DNA of 64,000 bases. Source: Wickerhamiella versatilis (lineage: Eukaryota). Positions 1-10,307 of this stretch are shown here, in pieces. A program made the position numbers and the translations under genes. The first letter of the stretch is position 1, and each line of letters starts with the position of its first letter. Where the stretch lies: contig JAQOWU010000008.1 in the NCBI GenBank assembly GCA_030867685.1, positions 3,782,001-3,846,000 on the forward strand. Direction: 5' to 3'. Under the pieces are notes generated by a model that made no database searches, was not told the DNA's origin, and saw only the letters and a list, made by a program, of their open reading frames with translations.

Positions 1-229
1 GTGCTTTTTCACGCTGTGAAATCCGAGTTAGAGGATCAGCAATGCGATCCCGCAAGACATTAATATCGGTCTGGATATCAGCCATTTTGCGCCTAGTTCG
101 ATCAAGACGCTTTTGTTCATTTTCAATGTCCTGCTTCCGCATACTTTCGGATGCTTCGGCTGCAATTGCATTTTCAAGTGAACTTTGGTCCACTGACCAT
201 ACGCCAGTGGACCTTAATTCCGAATCCAT
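1..229 (-). CDS. RAD26: Rad26/CSB SNF2-family transcription-coupled repair ATPase, N-terminal part (runs off window start)
   Basis: Manual translation from ATG 229: MDSELRSTGVWSVDQSSLENAIAAEASESMRKQDIENEQKRLDRTRRK...DPLTRISQREK. This resembles the Rad26 N-terminal coiled coil (LGVNVLSQSSLEEKIA...TRIS). Not in the ORF track; the ATPase domain is outside the window. Confidence 0.7.
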   Translation of the reverse strand, partial: MDSELRSTGVWSVDQSSLENAIAAEASESMRKQDIENEQKRLDRTRRKMADIQTDINVLRDRIADPLTRISQREKA

Positions 230-488
230 TTTGCCTTATGCTGACTACAGCTAAATTCTTAATACTATACTGGCTATTCAATAAGGTTGAAGACACCGGA
301 TAATACTAATTCGTAAAACACTGAGCTGTTGTTGTGAAGATTGCTCAGTGCCAGATAGTCCTGTTTATGCTCTGATAGAAGTTTGAGGAACAGATTCAAG
401 TGCAGAATTATTCATTCTTACATATATTCAGAATGACCAATGGACGTAAAGGGCCACAAAGAGAGAATACGATAATTAATAAAAAATA

Positions 489-2021
489 ATGAAGACTAAA
501 ATAAATATTCATCTATTGAGCAGAGACTGTCTAAGTAGTTTAATTGGAGTTTGGTGCGCTATAGTTAGTCATCTGTCATACATGAACGGTGAGAGCATGT
601 CTAGCGAACTCGATTCAGTCTTGAAGGAATTGTCGAAAAAGATAATTGACTACACAAGTCATGCTGAGTCTCCTGAGGGTAAAGTGGGGAGTCTTGAGAA
701 TCCCCGTGAATTAAGTAGGTTGTTTGAACTGAATACTGATGAAGGACAGGGCCTGCAAGGCCTTTTGCGCTCAACGGATCTACTTCTGCAACATAGTGTC
801 GTGACTTGGCATAGCGCCTTTTTAGAGAAACTCTATGCAGGTACTAACCCCGTTGGAGTTGCTTCAGATCTTCTGCTTTCTGTGTTAAACACTAATTCCC
901 ATGTGTTCACGGCCTCGCCTGCTCTCACTACCATCGAGAGATACATCTCACGTCGTTATGCTAATATGTTTGGATTAGATGGAAATCAGGCTGGAGGTCT
1001 CACATTTCCTGGAGGATCATATTCGAACTTGACTAGCATGCACATGGCTCGCGCACTACGGTTTCCTGAGATTAAGTCAATTGGGAATGCAGGTATGAAA
1101 TTAGCGGTATTCACAAGCTCCCATTCTCACTATAGTGTGGACCAGGCCGCAATTCTACTAGGTCTCGGCACAGATGCGGTATTCAAGGTAGCTGTAACGA
1201 AGACCGGGGAAATGGATATGGATGACCTTGAACGAAAAATTGCTGATGCAAGGCGGGATGGTTGGACTCCGTTTTATCTCAATGGTACTGCTGGAACTAC
1301 GGTTTATGGATCATTTGATGATCTCGAAACAGCCGCTTCTGTAGCTCAAAGGGAAGGTATGTGGTTTCATGTCGACGGATCATGGGGCGGCAATGTTGTA
1401 TTCAGTCCGAAATATCGAATGAAATTACGCGGAATACATTTGGCGCAGTCCATTACTGTCAACCCCCATAAGATGCTAGGCGTTCCTTGTACTTGCTCGT
1501 TCTTACTAGTTCCTGATATCAAGGTCTTCACAAAGGCAAATTCATTAAAGGCTCCTTACCTGTTTCATAGTGCTGATGAAGACGATAATTGGGATCTAGC
1601 TGATGGTACTATGGGTTGTGGCAGGCGATCGGATGCGTTGAAATTGTACCTGGGATGGCAATGGTATGGGACTGAGGGTTATGGAAAACGGGTTGACCAT
1701 GCTTTTGAAATGACACAATATCTGGCCGAGAAAATAAAAGAAGCACCCGATTTCTATTTGATCTCTGAATACCCACCACCTTTACTTCAAACTTGTTTTT
1801 ATTACACTCCAAACAACCATTTGGGGGACAAAAGCGAAAATTCAAAGATCACGCGGCATGTTGTGCGAAAGCTACTTGAGGATTCAAAGTATCTTATTGA
1901 CTTTTCCTCAGATGCAAAGCATGGCGATTTCTTTAGAGTGGTTGTCAATGCACCTACCGTTACCAAGAAACTCCTAGACGATCTCATCGTTACAATAAGA
2001 CAATCTGCCCCACCATCATGA
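489..2021 (+). CDS. Group II PLP-dependent decarboxylase (animal-type GAD/CSAD/aspartate decarboxylase family)
   Basis: Motifs PGGSYSN, HYSV, GTTVYGSFD, HVDGSWGG, NPHK (PLP Lys), CGRRSDALK. True start may be ATG 582 or 597. Confidence 0.85.
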   Translation: MKTKINIHLLSRDCLSSLIGVWCAIVSHLSYMNGESMSSELDSVLKELSKKIIDYTSHAESPEGKVGSLENPRELSRLFELNTDEGQGLQGLLRSTDLLLQHSVVTWHSAFLEKLYAGTNPVGVASDLLLSVLNTNSHVFTASPALTTIERYISRRYANMFGLDGNQAGGLTFPGGSYSNLTSMHMARALRFPEIKSIGNAGMKLAVFTSSHSHYSVDQAAILLGLGTDAVFKVAVTKTGEMDMDDLERKIADARRDGWTPFYLNGTAGTTVYGSFDDLETAASVAQREGMWFHVDGSWGGNVVFSPKYRMKLRGIHLAQSITVNPHKMLGVPCTCSFLLVPDIKVFTKANSLKAPYLFHSADEDDNWDLADGTMGCGRRSDALKLYLGWQWYGTEGYGKRVDHAFEMTQYLAEKIKEAPDFYLISEYPPPLLQTCFYYTPNNHLGDKSENSKITRHVVRKLLEDSKYLIDFSSDAKHGDFFRVVVNAPTVTKKLLDDLIVTIRQSAPPS

Positions 2022-2062
2022 TTATATTGTTTATGTACACATCCGTTCTTTAAATAAAATAT

Positions 2063-2467
2063 CTACGATCTCCACCAACTAAACCACCCATTCTTAGTAT
2101 CTGTTTTCCGTGCTTCATCTCGATGCCTTATTGCCACAGCCTCATCTCGTTGAGTGACATGCTCTGCCGATAGCTTCTCGAGTTCAGTTTCGGGGTCAAA
2201 GTCACCACGTTTCATCATCTGAAGATCCGCTTCGTACTTTCCTGATGAAAGGGGACCATTTCCACGTAGACGTTTAGTCCGATCAGCCATTCCTCGTCTG
2301 CAGTCCATGTATCGCAGAATATGAACATAGCATGGCTGAGGCAAGTGTTTCGAAAGTTCTGGGTCCGTGAAGCATTCTTTTGGAGTATGGCGCTCAATAA
2401 GGACACACTCAGATCTTTGCAAACACAGAGCTACTGCATCACGGAGATCTTTACAGTTAGCTACCAT
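2063..2467 (-). CDS. PET191: Cytochrome c oxidase assembly factor Pet191/COA5
   Basis: MVANCKDLRDAVALCLQRSECVLIERHTPKECF...C...YMDCRRGMADRTKRLRGN. ATG at 2467 (track start 2476 is GTG). Confidence 0.9.
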   Translation of the reverse strand: MVANCKDLRDAVALCLQRSECVLIERHTPKECFTDPELSKHLPQPCYVHILRYMDCRRGMADRTKRLRGNGPLSSGKYEADLQMMKRGDFDPETELEKLSAEHVTQRDEAVAIRHRDEARKTDTKNGWFSWWRS

Positions 2468-2524
2468 GTCGCTCACTATAATTAAGTAAGCGATTTAAAC
2501 ACGGTCGTTACATAGACTGACACC

Positions 2525-2839
2525 ATGAACGTCGCGTGGGCAGTTAAACCTCAATCTGCTGAAGCCGCAGCGCATAACTATGGGGTAATCAGTCGTATCC
2601 GTCACTTAGTTGGTCTGATTAGTGGGTTAGCCGCAGGTGCGTTGCGGCTAGAGTCACTGTGGGGTTTAGGCCTATATGCTTTATCTGTTATTGTTACGAC
2701 GCTTCTGATGTTCTTGTTCACCTGCAGAAAAAAGAATTTTGAAAACAAGAATTCCAGTCTTATTACCGATTCCGTAATCCCGGCTATATCAGGGTATCTT
2801 CTGGCGTGGGTTGTCATATATGGAATCGTGGAAATCTAA
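2525..2839 (+). CDS. EMC6: ER membrane protein complex subunit 6
   Basis: 104 aa with 2-3 TM segments; HN...IR...GLAAGALRLESLWG...YLLAWVVIYGIV pattern. Confidence 0.85.
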   Translation: MNVAWAVKPQSAEAAAHNYGVISRIRHLVGLISGLAAGALRLESLWGLGLYALSVIVTTLLMFLFTCRKKNFENKNSSLITDSVIPAISGYLLAWVVIYGIVEI

Positions 2840-2877
2840 CATTAAGGACTTTTTGTTCATAAAATTGATTTATCTGT

Positions 2878-4443
2878 TTAATATGTAGGGTAGTCCCTCA
2901 CACCTTGTTTTTCTGCGAGAGCAATGCTCTTCCAGTAACAACTAATGGCATTCTTTTCCTCTCCGAGATGTTCATATAGCCTGCCAAGTACTAAAAAAGC
3001 CTCAGGAACAAATTTACCCGGATTCCGAACTGTCAGAGACTGTAAAAGACTTAATGTAGACAAGTAAGTTGATCTCTCGTCGCCGGGGTCTTGAAACAAT
3101 GATCCTGCTTTTTCCTGGTCCTGCAAGAGTATTCCAAGAGATATGCAAGCCGCCAGGGAATCTGATCGTCTATGTGCGAGACAGTGTTGAAAGTGACGCA
3201 ACGAACGTGCAGGATTACGGGCCATGTCAATCTGCCCAAGTGTCACGTGGAAGTCCACATCCTCAGGATCTAATTCTGACGCATGATCAGCTGCACGAAT
3301 TGCCTCTTCATGCTGTCCGGCTCGTAGGTAAAGTCGAGCCGTCCAAAGCCAGGTTTGAGCAGCAACAGTAGTTGGTACCAGATCGGTTTTAGTTTCTGGT
3401 GGTGGTTTCAATACGATCTCCCTTGTTTTCGGGATAAAACCAAATACCCTACTAGATGTTCTCGCTTTCAGGGCAGGTCTACTATCATCAGATGGTATCA
3501 CTTTAATCTCCTCATGCAACAAGTCCATGACATGTGGAATCAACTCTAGCGCAGATGGTGCTCCCTCAAGGGCCTCAATTATGGCTATTTGAGTTTTCCT
3601 AAGCTCAATCTCTTCGAGTAAGGACACAGGCCCAAGCTTTGTCGAGTCTTCGATAGTCGCATACCCTTCTACGAGCTCTAGAGCGCTGTTAAGTTGGCCC
3701 TCTGAGGTCAAAAGCAACGCAACCAAGTTTCCCAAACGCCTATGAGTGGGATCCTTAGCCAGCGCAGGCTGTGTTATCTCAAACGCATCATGTGGACTCT
3801 TCAGGCGTGCCAAGATCAAGCCGTACGCGTAGGCTGCCTCAGAATCCAAAGTCAGCCCCATGCCTATCGCAGCTTCGAATTCAGCATTTGCTTCCGAAAT
3901 AGCAGTTTCAAAGTCCCCATCTATGCAATGGCTAGACTCAAGGGTTAACATCCTACCAATAAGTGCACGCGCTTCGGGGCGGCCTTTAACATCAACAATT
4001 TCAGACAAGCTTTTACGCAAAAATCGCACCATATCAATTTTTTTCCCATTTTCAGCAAAAACTCCGCTATGAATAGCACGAAAAAACTGGCTGAAGAGTG
4101 CCAAGACACAATCTTCCTTGTCACGAAAATCGTTCGAAGCTCCTGTCTTGGTTTTCAGTTCATGAAGCTTCTGGTAAGAAACATAGGTTTCTAGAGCTGC
4201 CCATGCTTCGAAGGATTCGCCAAGTACCAAAAGCACCTCCGAGATTAGTCGTAATAGCACTGAAGAGTGAAAACTATTCCGGATGTCATCTGATATCTGT
4301 TCCACGAGGTTCTGAGATGCTTGCTTCGACTCTGGTGCTACTAAAAGACCTGGTTCGAGATATTTAACCTGGCTGCGCCATGCATCTTGCCTCTTCTGGG
4401 CAGAAATGTCCACAATGCGAGACTTCTCAAGCTGCCTCTGCAT
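2878..4443 (-). CDS. YPP1: TPR-repeat protein, Ypp1/TTC7-like (PI4-kinase scaffold), short form
   Basis: TPR helices; NLVALLLTS...ALELV; WLWTARLYLRAG; C-terminal EAFLVLGRLYE...CYWKSIALAEKQGVRDY. Confidence 0.65.
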   Translation of the reverse strand: MQRQLEKSRIVDISAQKRQDAWRSQVKYLEPGLLVAPESKQASQNLVEQISDDIRNSFHSSVLLRLISEVLLVLGESFEAWAALETYVSYQKLHELKTKTGASNDFRDKEDCVLALFSQFFRAIHSGVFAENGKKIDMVRFLRKSLSEIVDVKGRPEARALIGRMLTLESSHCIDGDFETAISEANAEFEAAIGMGLTLDSEAAYAYGLILARLKSPHDAFEITQPALAKDPTHRRLGNLVALLLTSEGQLNSALELVEGYATIEDSTKLGPVSLLEEIELRKTQIAIIEALEGAPSALELIPHVMDLLHEEIKVIPSDDSRPALKARTSSRVFGFIPKTREIVLKPPPETKTDLVPTTVAAQTWLWTARLYLRAGQHEEAIRAADHASELDPEDVDFHVTLGQIDMARNPARSLRHFQHCLAHRRSDSLAACISLGILLQDQEKAGSLFQDPGDERSTYLSTLSLLQSLTVRNPGKFVPEAFLVLGRLYEHLGEEKNAISCYWKSIALAEKQGVRDYPTY

Positions 4444-4914
4444 TGATGCGTCAGATGTGAGACCTCTGGAGTAGAGCTGGCTAAAAGAAGATCTAAACTT
4501 CTAGTGAATACGGCATCGAACTTACCTTATTCGAGGCAGTATAAATTATAAAAATGGCGTATTTAACATAAGCTTGCTTCCTAGATTTAAGTGTCAGATA
4601 CGTCAAATGTAGGGTAAAGCGAAATGATCTATGACCCTACAAATTGGATTAGGAGTAGCTAACGTGCGTGCATGCAGAAGCATTAGTAGGAAATACTTTG
4701 TCGCTGACGGTAATTATCGTTGATTGCGTGTTATCTTTGAGATCCAATTTACTGCTAATCCTGTCCTGATAAGATCTCGAACAACTCACCCAGTTCTACA
4801 CTATAATCATATTATCACTTAGAAAATGAAATTTCCCCTACTACTATGTTAGGTTTGCTCTTTTTTCCCTTGGTCCACGCTTTACTATGCCCTTGCCCTG
4901 GTGTGTACGTCGCG

Positions 4915-5026
4915 GCTGGCTGGTGATTACCCGATAGAGAAAGCGGCGGGTAAGTGGCTGGTAGCTAACTGGCGGCTGGTCACCCGCCACTGGAATATCA
5001 CCATAGCTATACGTATGAGTATATAA
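4915..5026 (+). promoter_or_regulatory. Cluster of Ace2/Swi5-type GCTGG(T) sites, an inverted pair of Reb1-type TTACCCG sites, and a TATA box
   Basis: GCTGG at 4915, 4919, 4957, 4975; TTACCCG 4927-4933 and CGGGTAA 4947-4953; TATATAAA about 5020; all upstream of the Ser/Thr-rich gene at 5073. Confidence 0.5.
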
Positions 5027-5072
5027 ATTGCACAGCCTATATGCAAGTGCGCATTGACAGTCAAAGTGTTTC

Positions 5073-6743
5073 ATGAAGCTTACCCGATTGGTTCTTCTCG
5101 GAGTTAGTAGGGCTGGCTATACAGACCCAGCGCTGCACCACACCGTTATTGAAACTATCACTGCAGACACTTGTAGCTATGGTGTTCCTCATTTTTGGAG
5201 TTCTTCGGTAGCTTCATCCTCCACCGCTAAACCAAGCACTGGGACCGAGGAATCTGCATATTCCACTAGTTCGTCTCCAACCTCGGGATTGACAACAGCA
5301 GCACCTGAAAGTTCCAGCACGGGTGCTCACTCAGGTAGTGAGTCAGTGTCAAAAACAACTGGAATTTCACAATTCGACAACTCGTCTACCACCGCAACAT
5401 CGCCAGCATTTTCTGCGACAGCTAATGGTACCACTGATATTGCAAGTGGTTCGAAAACATCTGACGATTTGACCTACGTGACGGACATTTCAACTGCGGC
5501 TCCGCCAACGATAACAAACGTTGTCTCTGCCAGTACTACTACGAATTACGATTGGAACACAGTCACTACAACTTTCACCTCCAACAACCATACTTATACG
5601 GAGACTTATGTCACTAGCACCCCGGAGTCAACAGCAACAGATCTCAAATCAGGACAGTCTACTATAGGTTTGGGGTCTACCAGGACGCTAGTTTCCAGTT
5701 ATCCTAGTGCTTCTGTTACAACATCTCAGGATATTACTACTACACTGAACTACACGATCACAACTACCATTACGACTACAATTTCTAGTGGCAATGGAAC
5801 CGGCTGGAATGCTACAACGGATGCCCTTACCTATGTGACGGATTATTCCACCGCGCCAGTCCCGACAATTACAGCAACATCTGAACCTCTTACCACGACG
5901 GAATTTGACTGGTCCACACTCACATTGACTGTCACTTCAAATAATCGGACGTACACGGAAACTATCAGGACAAAGGTCCCTGAAGGGACATCGACAATTT
6001 TTCCGTCGAATCGCTCAACGGTTTATTCGCCCAGTTTGCGGACAAGGACCACAGACGTTCCTAACTACAATGCAACGTCCACGTCTTCCAAGGCTAGTGG
6101 CTCACCTAGTCTTTCCACAGGGGTTCCAACCTATAATGCGACGTCCATCTTCTCAAAGGCTGGTGGCTCCCCTAATTCCACTGCTGCTCTGAGCAGTCTA
6201 CCCATTTTGAACGGAACAATAGCCCCCAGTGCATCTTCTAAGTCACTGCCATCTGCTAATGTCACCTCTTCTAGGAGTATTTCATCTCAATTGAGTACTC
6301 AAACGCTCGGAAACATCACGCACAGCTCTTCTAGTAAAACTAGAGCTGCTACTCCGCTACGCAGTGTTTCATCTTCTGCAGCGGGTAACTCATCATTGAC
6401 AACGAGTGCGAATTGGAAGACTTCTTCAATTGGACCCAGTGGAAACACGTCTGTTATTTCAACGTCAGTACCTTCGAGTGCGATAGTATCATCTCTCTCT
6501 AATACAGCAAATTCGACTCTGTCGTCAGCAGCCACATCAGCCGTGAGCAAGAATACCTCAAGCTCGCCCTTGACTTCTTCGCTCAGAAGCAAACCTAGCT
6601 CTAGTAGTTTTCTCTCCTCCATTTCTCGAAAACTAACTAGCTCGTTCCCAACAAGCAAGACTATCTCCGCTGCCACCAGCAGCTCAGTGTCCACGTGGAC
6701 TAATTTGACGACAAAAGCTACTTCAGTAAGCTCGTCTCTTTAG
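5073..6743 (+). CDS. Secreted/cell-wall Ser/Thr-rich glycoprotein with internal repeats
   Basis: Short hydrophobic N-terminus (MKLTRLVLLGVSRA); very high S/T content; many N-x-S/T sequons; no obvious C-terminal GPI signal. Confidence 0.8.
   Translation: MKLTRLVLLGVSRAGYTDPALHHTVIETITADTCSYGVPHFWSSSVASSSTAKPSTGTEESAYSTSSSPTSGLTTAAPESSSTGAHSGSESVSKTTGISQFDNSSTTATSPAFSATANGTTDIASGSKTSDDLTYVTDISTAAPPTITNVVSASTTTNYDWNTVTTTFTSNNHTYTETYVTSTPESTATDLKSGQSTIGLGSTRTLVSSYPSASVTTSQDITTTLNYTITTTITTTISSGNGTGWNATTDALTYVTDYSTAPVPTITATSEPLTTTEFDWSTLTLTVTSNNRTYTETIRTKVPEGTSTIFPSNRSTVYSPSLRTRTTDVPNYNATSTSSKASGSPSLSTGVPTYNATSIFSKAGGSPNSTAALSSLPILNGTIAPSASSKSLPSANVTSSRSISSQLSTQTLGNITHSSSSKTRAATPLRSVSSSAAGNSSLTTSANWKTSSIGPSGNTSVISTSVPSSAIVSSLSNTANSTLSSAATSAVSKNTSSSPLTSSLRSKPSSSSFLSSISRKLTSSFPTSKTISAATSSSVSTWTNLTTKATSVSSSL
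5466..5991 (+). repeat. Two diverged ~55-aa coding repeats (LTYVTDxSTAxxPTIT...DWxTxTxTxTSNNxTYTET)
   Basis: Copies start near 5466 and 5820. A second duplicated unit, VPxYNATSxxSKAxGSP, occurs at about 6057 and 6123. Confidence 0.8.
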
Positions 6744-6998
6744 GGCTTTACTTTGAATGCTTCGAAAAAAAAAGAAATATATTTATAACATGTGTATGTA
6801 GTAGCCACTACAGCAGTGCCAACACGTTTTGGGATTTTGTGTAATAATAGACTTTTCTAAAAACTTATTTATGCTGCCCTTCTTTGAAATGAAATAATTT
6901 AATTGTAAGATTTATGTGATCTTCTCACTCTCGTCTTATTATATTGTATCTTACGCAAGCTTTAAATCTTCGAAGCTACCCAGAGTGCACACACCAAT

Positions 6999-8306
6999 AT
7001 GCCTGCTGACATGAACGTCCAGTACCCTGTATACGCGGCTGCCTTCGTTGACGATAATAGGCTCGTGGTTGGAGGGGGCGGCGGAGAAGGTAACAATGGA
7101 ATACCGAACAAACTTAGTATGCTCCGTGTTGATAGCGACACCCTTAGCATTTCGCTCGAGAGTGAGCTGGAACTGCCGTCTGATCAAGATAATCCCACCA
7201 GTATGGCAGCCACTTCCCAAAACCTTTTCGTTGGCATGAATGAAGGCACCTCAAAAAAAAAGCTTTCTGAATCCAATAAGCATCTTCGCAATTTCGATTT
7301 CACCGATTCGCTAAAGGAAATCAGTGCTGTTCAGGGATTCGAATCGCTTCAAGATGATACTTACCAACGGGTCACGGTTGCAGCAAAAGATACGTTAGCC
7401 ATTGCTAGTAGTGGAATACCGGCAGAAGTAGTGATTTTTCGAGGGAATGCCACGAATCGCATATTTACTGATCAAGAAGTAGGGGATCTAGCCATATCAC
7501 CAGATGGCCGGCATGTGGCAATTTGTTGCGCTCAGCGTATAACTGTTGTCAGTTCCGATTCTGGAAAGAAGATTGCAATGGCAGCTACAGGCGATGAAGA
7601 CCCAAAACGTCGTTTTAATTTTGCTCGGGTAGCCTTTGTTAACTCAGAAGAAATCGCTGTTGCTGCAAATAGCAGACGCAAAGAATCAGCGATTCATATG
7701 TTTATGCTGCCCTCTGGAGATGAATCCAAGCTCATTGATGCCGGTAAATGCAAAGTACCATATATCTCTGCTATCACTGTCTTAGCAGCAAACTCCAATT
7801 TCATTACCGTTGGGGGGGTCAATGGAGGCTTGGTCGTTTTTGATGCGTCAAATCTTAAAGTTGTGTCAAAAAAACGTGAAGTGCATAAGTTCCCGATCAC
7901 AGCTACCACGCTTAATCCTACTGGTAATGTCGCAGCAACTACGTCTCTGGACGGCTCTGTGCATATTCACAAATTGCATAAATCCAGCTCGATATCTTTT
8001 TACATTTGGCTGAGTATTCTCATCCTCCTAATAGGATTCTTATGGGCGCGCCCCACAAATTCACTTTCCGGGCTAACCAATCACTCTCAGGCACCAGCCC
8101 AGCAATCTCAATATAGTTTTGAAGGCTCTGCAAATCCTGGTGTTACTGCGATCACCGCAAATCCTGATTCAGATCGCCCTGCTTCGGACTCCACTGAGGA
8201 GCCAATCCTAAAAACCGACCAGGAAGGAGAAACTACCGTGGTCACAGATCATACTCAGCCAGCCCAAGAGCCAGTTTTTACTGTACAGGATGTTCCGCAC
8301 CCATAG
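6999..8306 (+). CDS. SEC12: Sar1 guanine nucleotide exchange factor Sec12 (WD40, TM anchor)
   Basis: YPVYAAAF...VVGGGGGEGNNGIPNKL (K-loop), DNPTSM, HKFPIT, single TM near the C-terminus. Confidence 0.9.
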   Translation: MPADMNVQYPVYAAAFVDDNRLVVGGGGGEGNNGIPNKLSMLRVDSDTLSISLESELELPSDQDNPTSMAATSQNLFVGMNEGTSKKKLSESNKHLRNFDFTDSLKEISAVQGFESLQDDTYQRVTVAAKDTLAIASSGIPAEVVIFRGNATNRIFTDQEVGDLAISPDGRHVAICCAQRITVVSSDSGKKIAMAATGDEDPKRRFNFARVAFVNSEEIAVAANSRRKESAIHMFMLPSGDESKLIDAGKCKVPYISAITVLAANSNFITVGGVNGGLVVFDASNLKVVSKKREVHKFPITATTLNPTGNVAATTSLDGSVHIHKLHKSSSISFYIWLSILILLIGFLWARPTNSLSGLTNHSQAPAQQSQYSFEGSANPGVTAITANPDSDRPASDSTEEPILKTDQEGETTVVTDHTQPAQEPVFTVQDVPHP

Positions 8307-8377
8307 GACACCCATATTCAGTTCGGGCGAGTGATAGCAAATTCTACTAGGTATTAATTACGTATATCAATGCTACT

Positions 8378-9289
8378 TCAGTCCGCTTTATCAGATGCTT
8401 TTGAGGGTTCCCTGGTCAAGTCAATAATCTCTTCAGAGCTCTTCACGGCCTTCACTTCATTCGATTCACCTGTTGAACTTCCTGGGCCACTTAAATGCTC
8501 TGCACCGTTATTTTTTTTTCTCATACTTTCACGGGCTAGCTGTGTCAACTCTTCAAACTCATCTTTATGATTACACTCATAATTCGCACTGTCCAGATCT
8601 TTTAATGCTATCTGTGAGCTTCCCTTAACTTGACGGTCCTGGGTACGATCCCATTCATCAATAATCCTCCTAAGTTCATAAATCGATCTTGGCTGGTTGC
8701 TTTCAGCATTAGTATTATAATGATGGGTCCATTCTTTGTGGCGTGCGATTAATCGATTTCGATTTCCTGATTTGGATAGACCATAGTCTTGTAATGCTTT
8801 CCTTAATTTCGTATCACTCATAGCATGGTAATTTTCTGCCGGTATTTTCTTGGGCGTTGTCATAACTTTTCTCCTTTTGAGCCTGGACTCATGCTCATCC
8901 ATGCACTGCACAGCGTGGGATTGAAGCTCTTCGACATTTAACACTTTAGAGCAAAAAGGACATTCCTCGTATCCTTCTTGGGTGGCAGCGTTATTCACTG
9001 GTACTGAAGAATACAGCTTGTTCTTAAGAATTTCCCTGAACCACAAGTATTGGTTGCATACATCCTCTGCAAATTTATTAACCCTGATTCGAGCTTTTTG
9101 AATCTCCTTACGGCATGTAGGGCACGTCTCCTCGTGATCAATATGACGCCTTATGCAAACACCACAAAAAGTATGAGAACACTCGGTAATACTTGGTACC
9201 TGGCATATCTGTTTACAAATAGGACAGAGCAGTGTCTCCTCAAACTGATTGACGAATTCAGCGCCTCGCCAGTTGTCCGATACGTCCAT
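8378..9289 (-). CDS. RAD18: E3 ubiquitin ligase Rad18 (RING, UBZ, SAP)
   Basis: RING CPICK...CSHTFCGVCIRRHI...CPTCR; UBZ CPFC...HAVQC; SAP LRKALQDYGLSKSGNRNRLIARHKEW. Confidence 0.9.
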   Translation of the reverse strand: MDVSDNWRGAEFVNQFEETLLCPICKQICQVPSITECSHTFCGVCIRRHIDHEETCPTCRKEIQKARIRVNKFAEDVCNQYLWFREILKNKLYSSVPVNNAATQEGYEECPFCSKVLNVEELQSHAVQCMDEHESRLKRRKVMTTPKKIPAENYHAMSDTKLRKALQDYGLSKSGNRNRLIARHKEWTHHYNTNAESNQPRSIYELRRIIDEWDRTQDRQVKGSSQIALKDLDSANYECNHKDEFEELTQLARESMRKKNNGAEHLSGPGSSTGESNEVKAVKSSEEIIDLTREPSKASDKAD

Positions 9290-9653
9290 GAGGCGCGAGG
9301 TCTATTAATGCAGGGTAGTCAGCAGTGCGAGCTCTTCGCGTCGTGCCATCATCCGTCCCCGCGTGGCTAACCACTTAAGTTCAAGGCTCATTTCATAGAT
9401 TATCTTTTTTTTTCAAAGTAGTTACAGTAAACTAACATTTTATAATAACCTAATGTCAATATCAAGACCAATGGCACTGCCCTGTTACTTTATTCCAAGT
9501 CCTCGCAATATATAATAATCGCCGGATATTCTATAATATCAGTGCTAATTCCTCATCGACCTAAGTGTAATCTATTCGACGATTGCCAAACACTACAAGC
9601 ACAAGGCAGAGGAGTCAAATTTTATTAGTAATCGCAGTCGAACTCATTGGCCC

Positions 9654-10187
9654 ATGGCTGGTGTCCCATTGAAACAGAAGTATACAGTAGTCTCGAAGGG
9701 AATCTGGGAATGGATTCACCAAAAACTTTCGATAGCACCAAATCGCTCTACGGGAAATCCTATCGTAGGTTGGTATCGTACGCCTGCGCCAGGTTCTCGA
9801 TCCACCAGACACATGGATCATGACGGCGGTTCATATCCCGCTATAGACATTGCTGAAAACGGCTACAGACACCGTGATCATCGCCGTAACTACCCACAAA
9901 CTTCTGTCTATAATCAGAGCAGTGTTGCTGGTCTTTTACGTTACGGCAGTGTTGCCAGCCCTCGCATTGCGAAAGGCGAGGAAGGAAACAAGCAACTTGC
10001 TACAGTTGCAAACGGTGAGGTTAGCCTAACCAGTGTTTTGAGCTCGCCTGATATTTCTAAGGATGTATTGGATGAAAAGGGACTTCCGCCGATACCTGCG
10101 CAACTCCACCGGAAAACGTACAGATTGCTTGATTTCAAAGAACATGGCATGTACAGTGATGATTATCCTATTCGCGTTTTCAAGTGA
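9654..10187 (+). CDS. Complex I accessory subunit NUZM/NDUFA7 (21.3 kDa)
   Basis: KYTVVSKGIWEWI...PNRSTGNP...RTPAPGS...DIAENGYRHRDHRRNYPQTS...YPIRVF. Confidence 0.85.
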   Translation: MAGVPLKQKYTVVSKGIWEWIHQKLSIAPNRSTGNPIVGWYRTPAPGSRSTRHMDHDGGSYPAIDIAENGYRHRDHRRNYPQTSVYNQSSVAGLLRYGSVASPRIAKGEEGNKQLATVANGEVSLTSVLSSPDISKDVLDEKGLPPIPAQLHRKTYRLLDFKEHGMYSDDYPIRVFK

Positions 10188-10307
10188 GTGCAACCTAATA
10201 AACGTATTGAAGACAAAGAGTTACAAGTAAATACTAAATAGCAGGCTACATTTAAATCCAGCTTATCTAACCTAAAGACGTGTTGATAGTCTGACGACAA
10301 AATAAAT

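Noticed and set aside
4481-4525. GTAAGT...TTTTAG possible intron extending the YPP1-like gene
   Set aside because: No CTAAC-type branch point and no open upstream exon with an ATG.
4921-5003. Nested inverted repeats suggesting a riboswitch-like RNA
   Set aside because: No TPP aptamer motifs; it lies upstream of the TATA box; explained better by inverted Reb1-type and GCTGG DNA sites.
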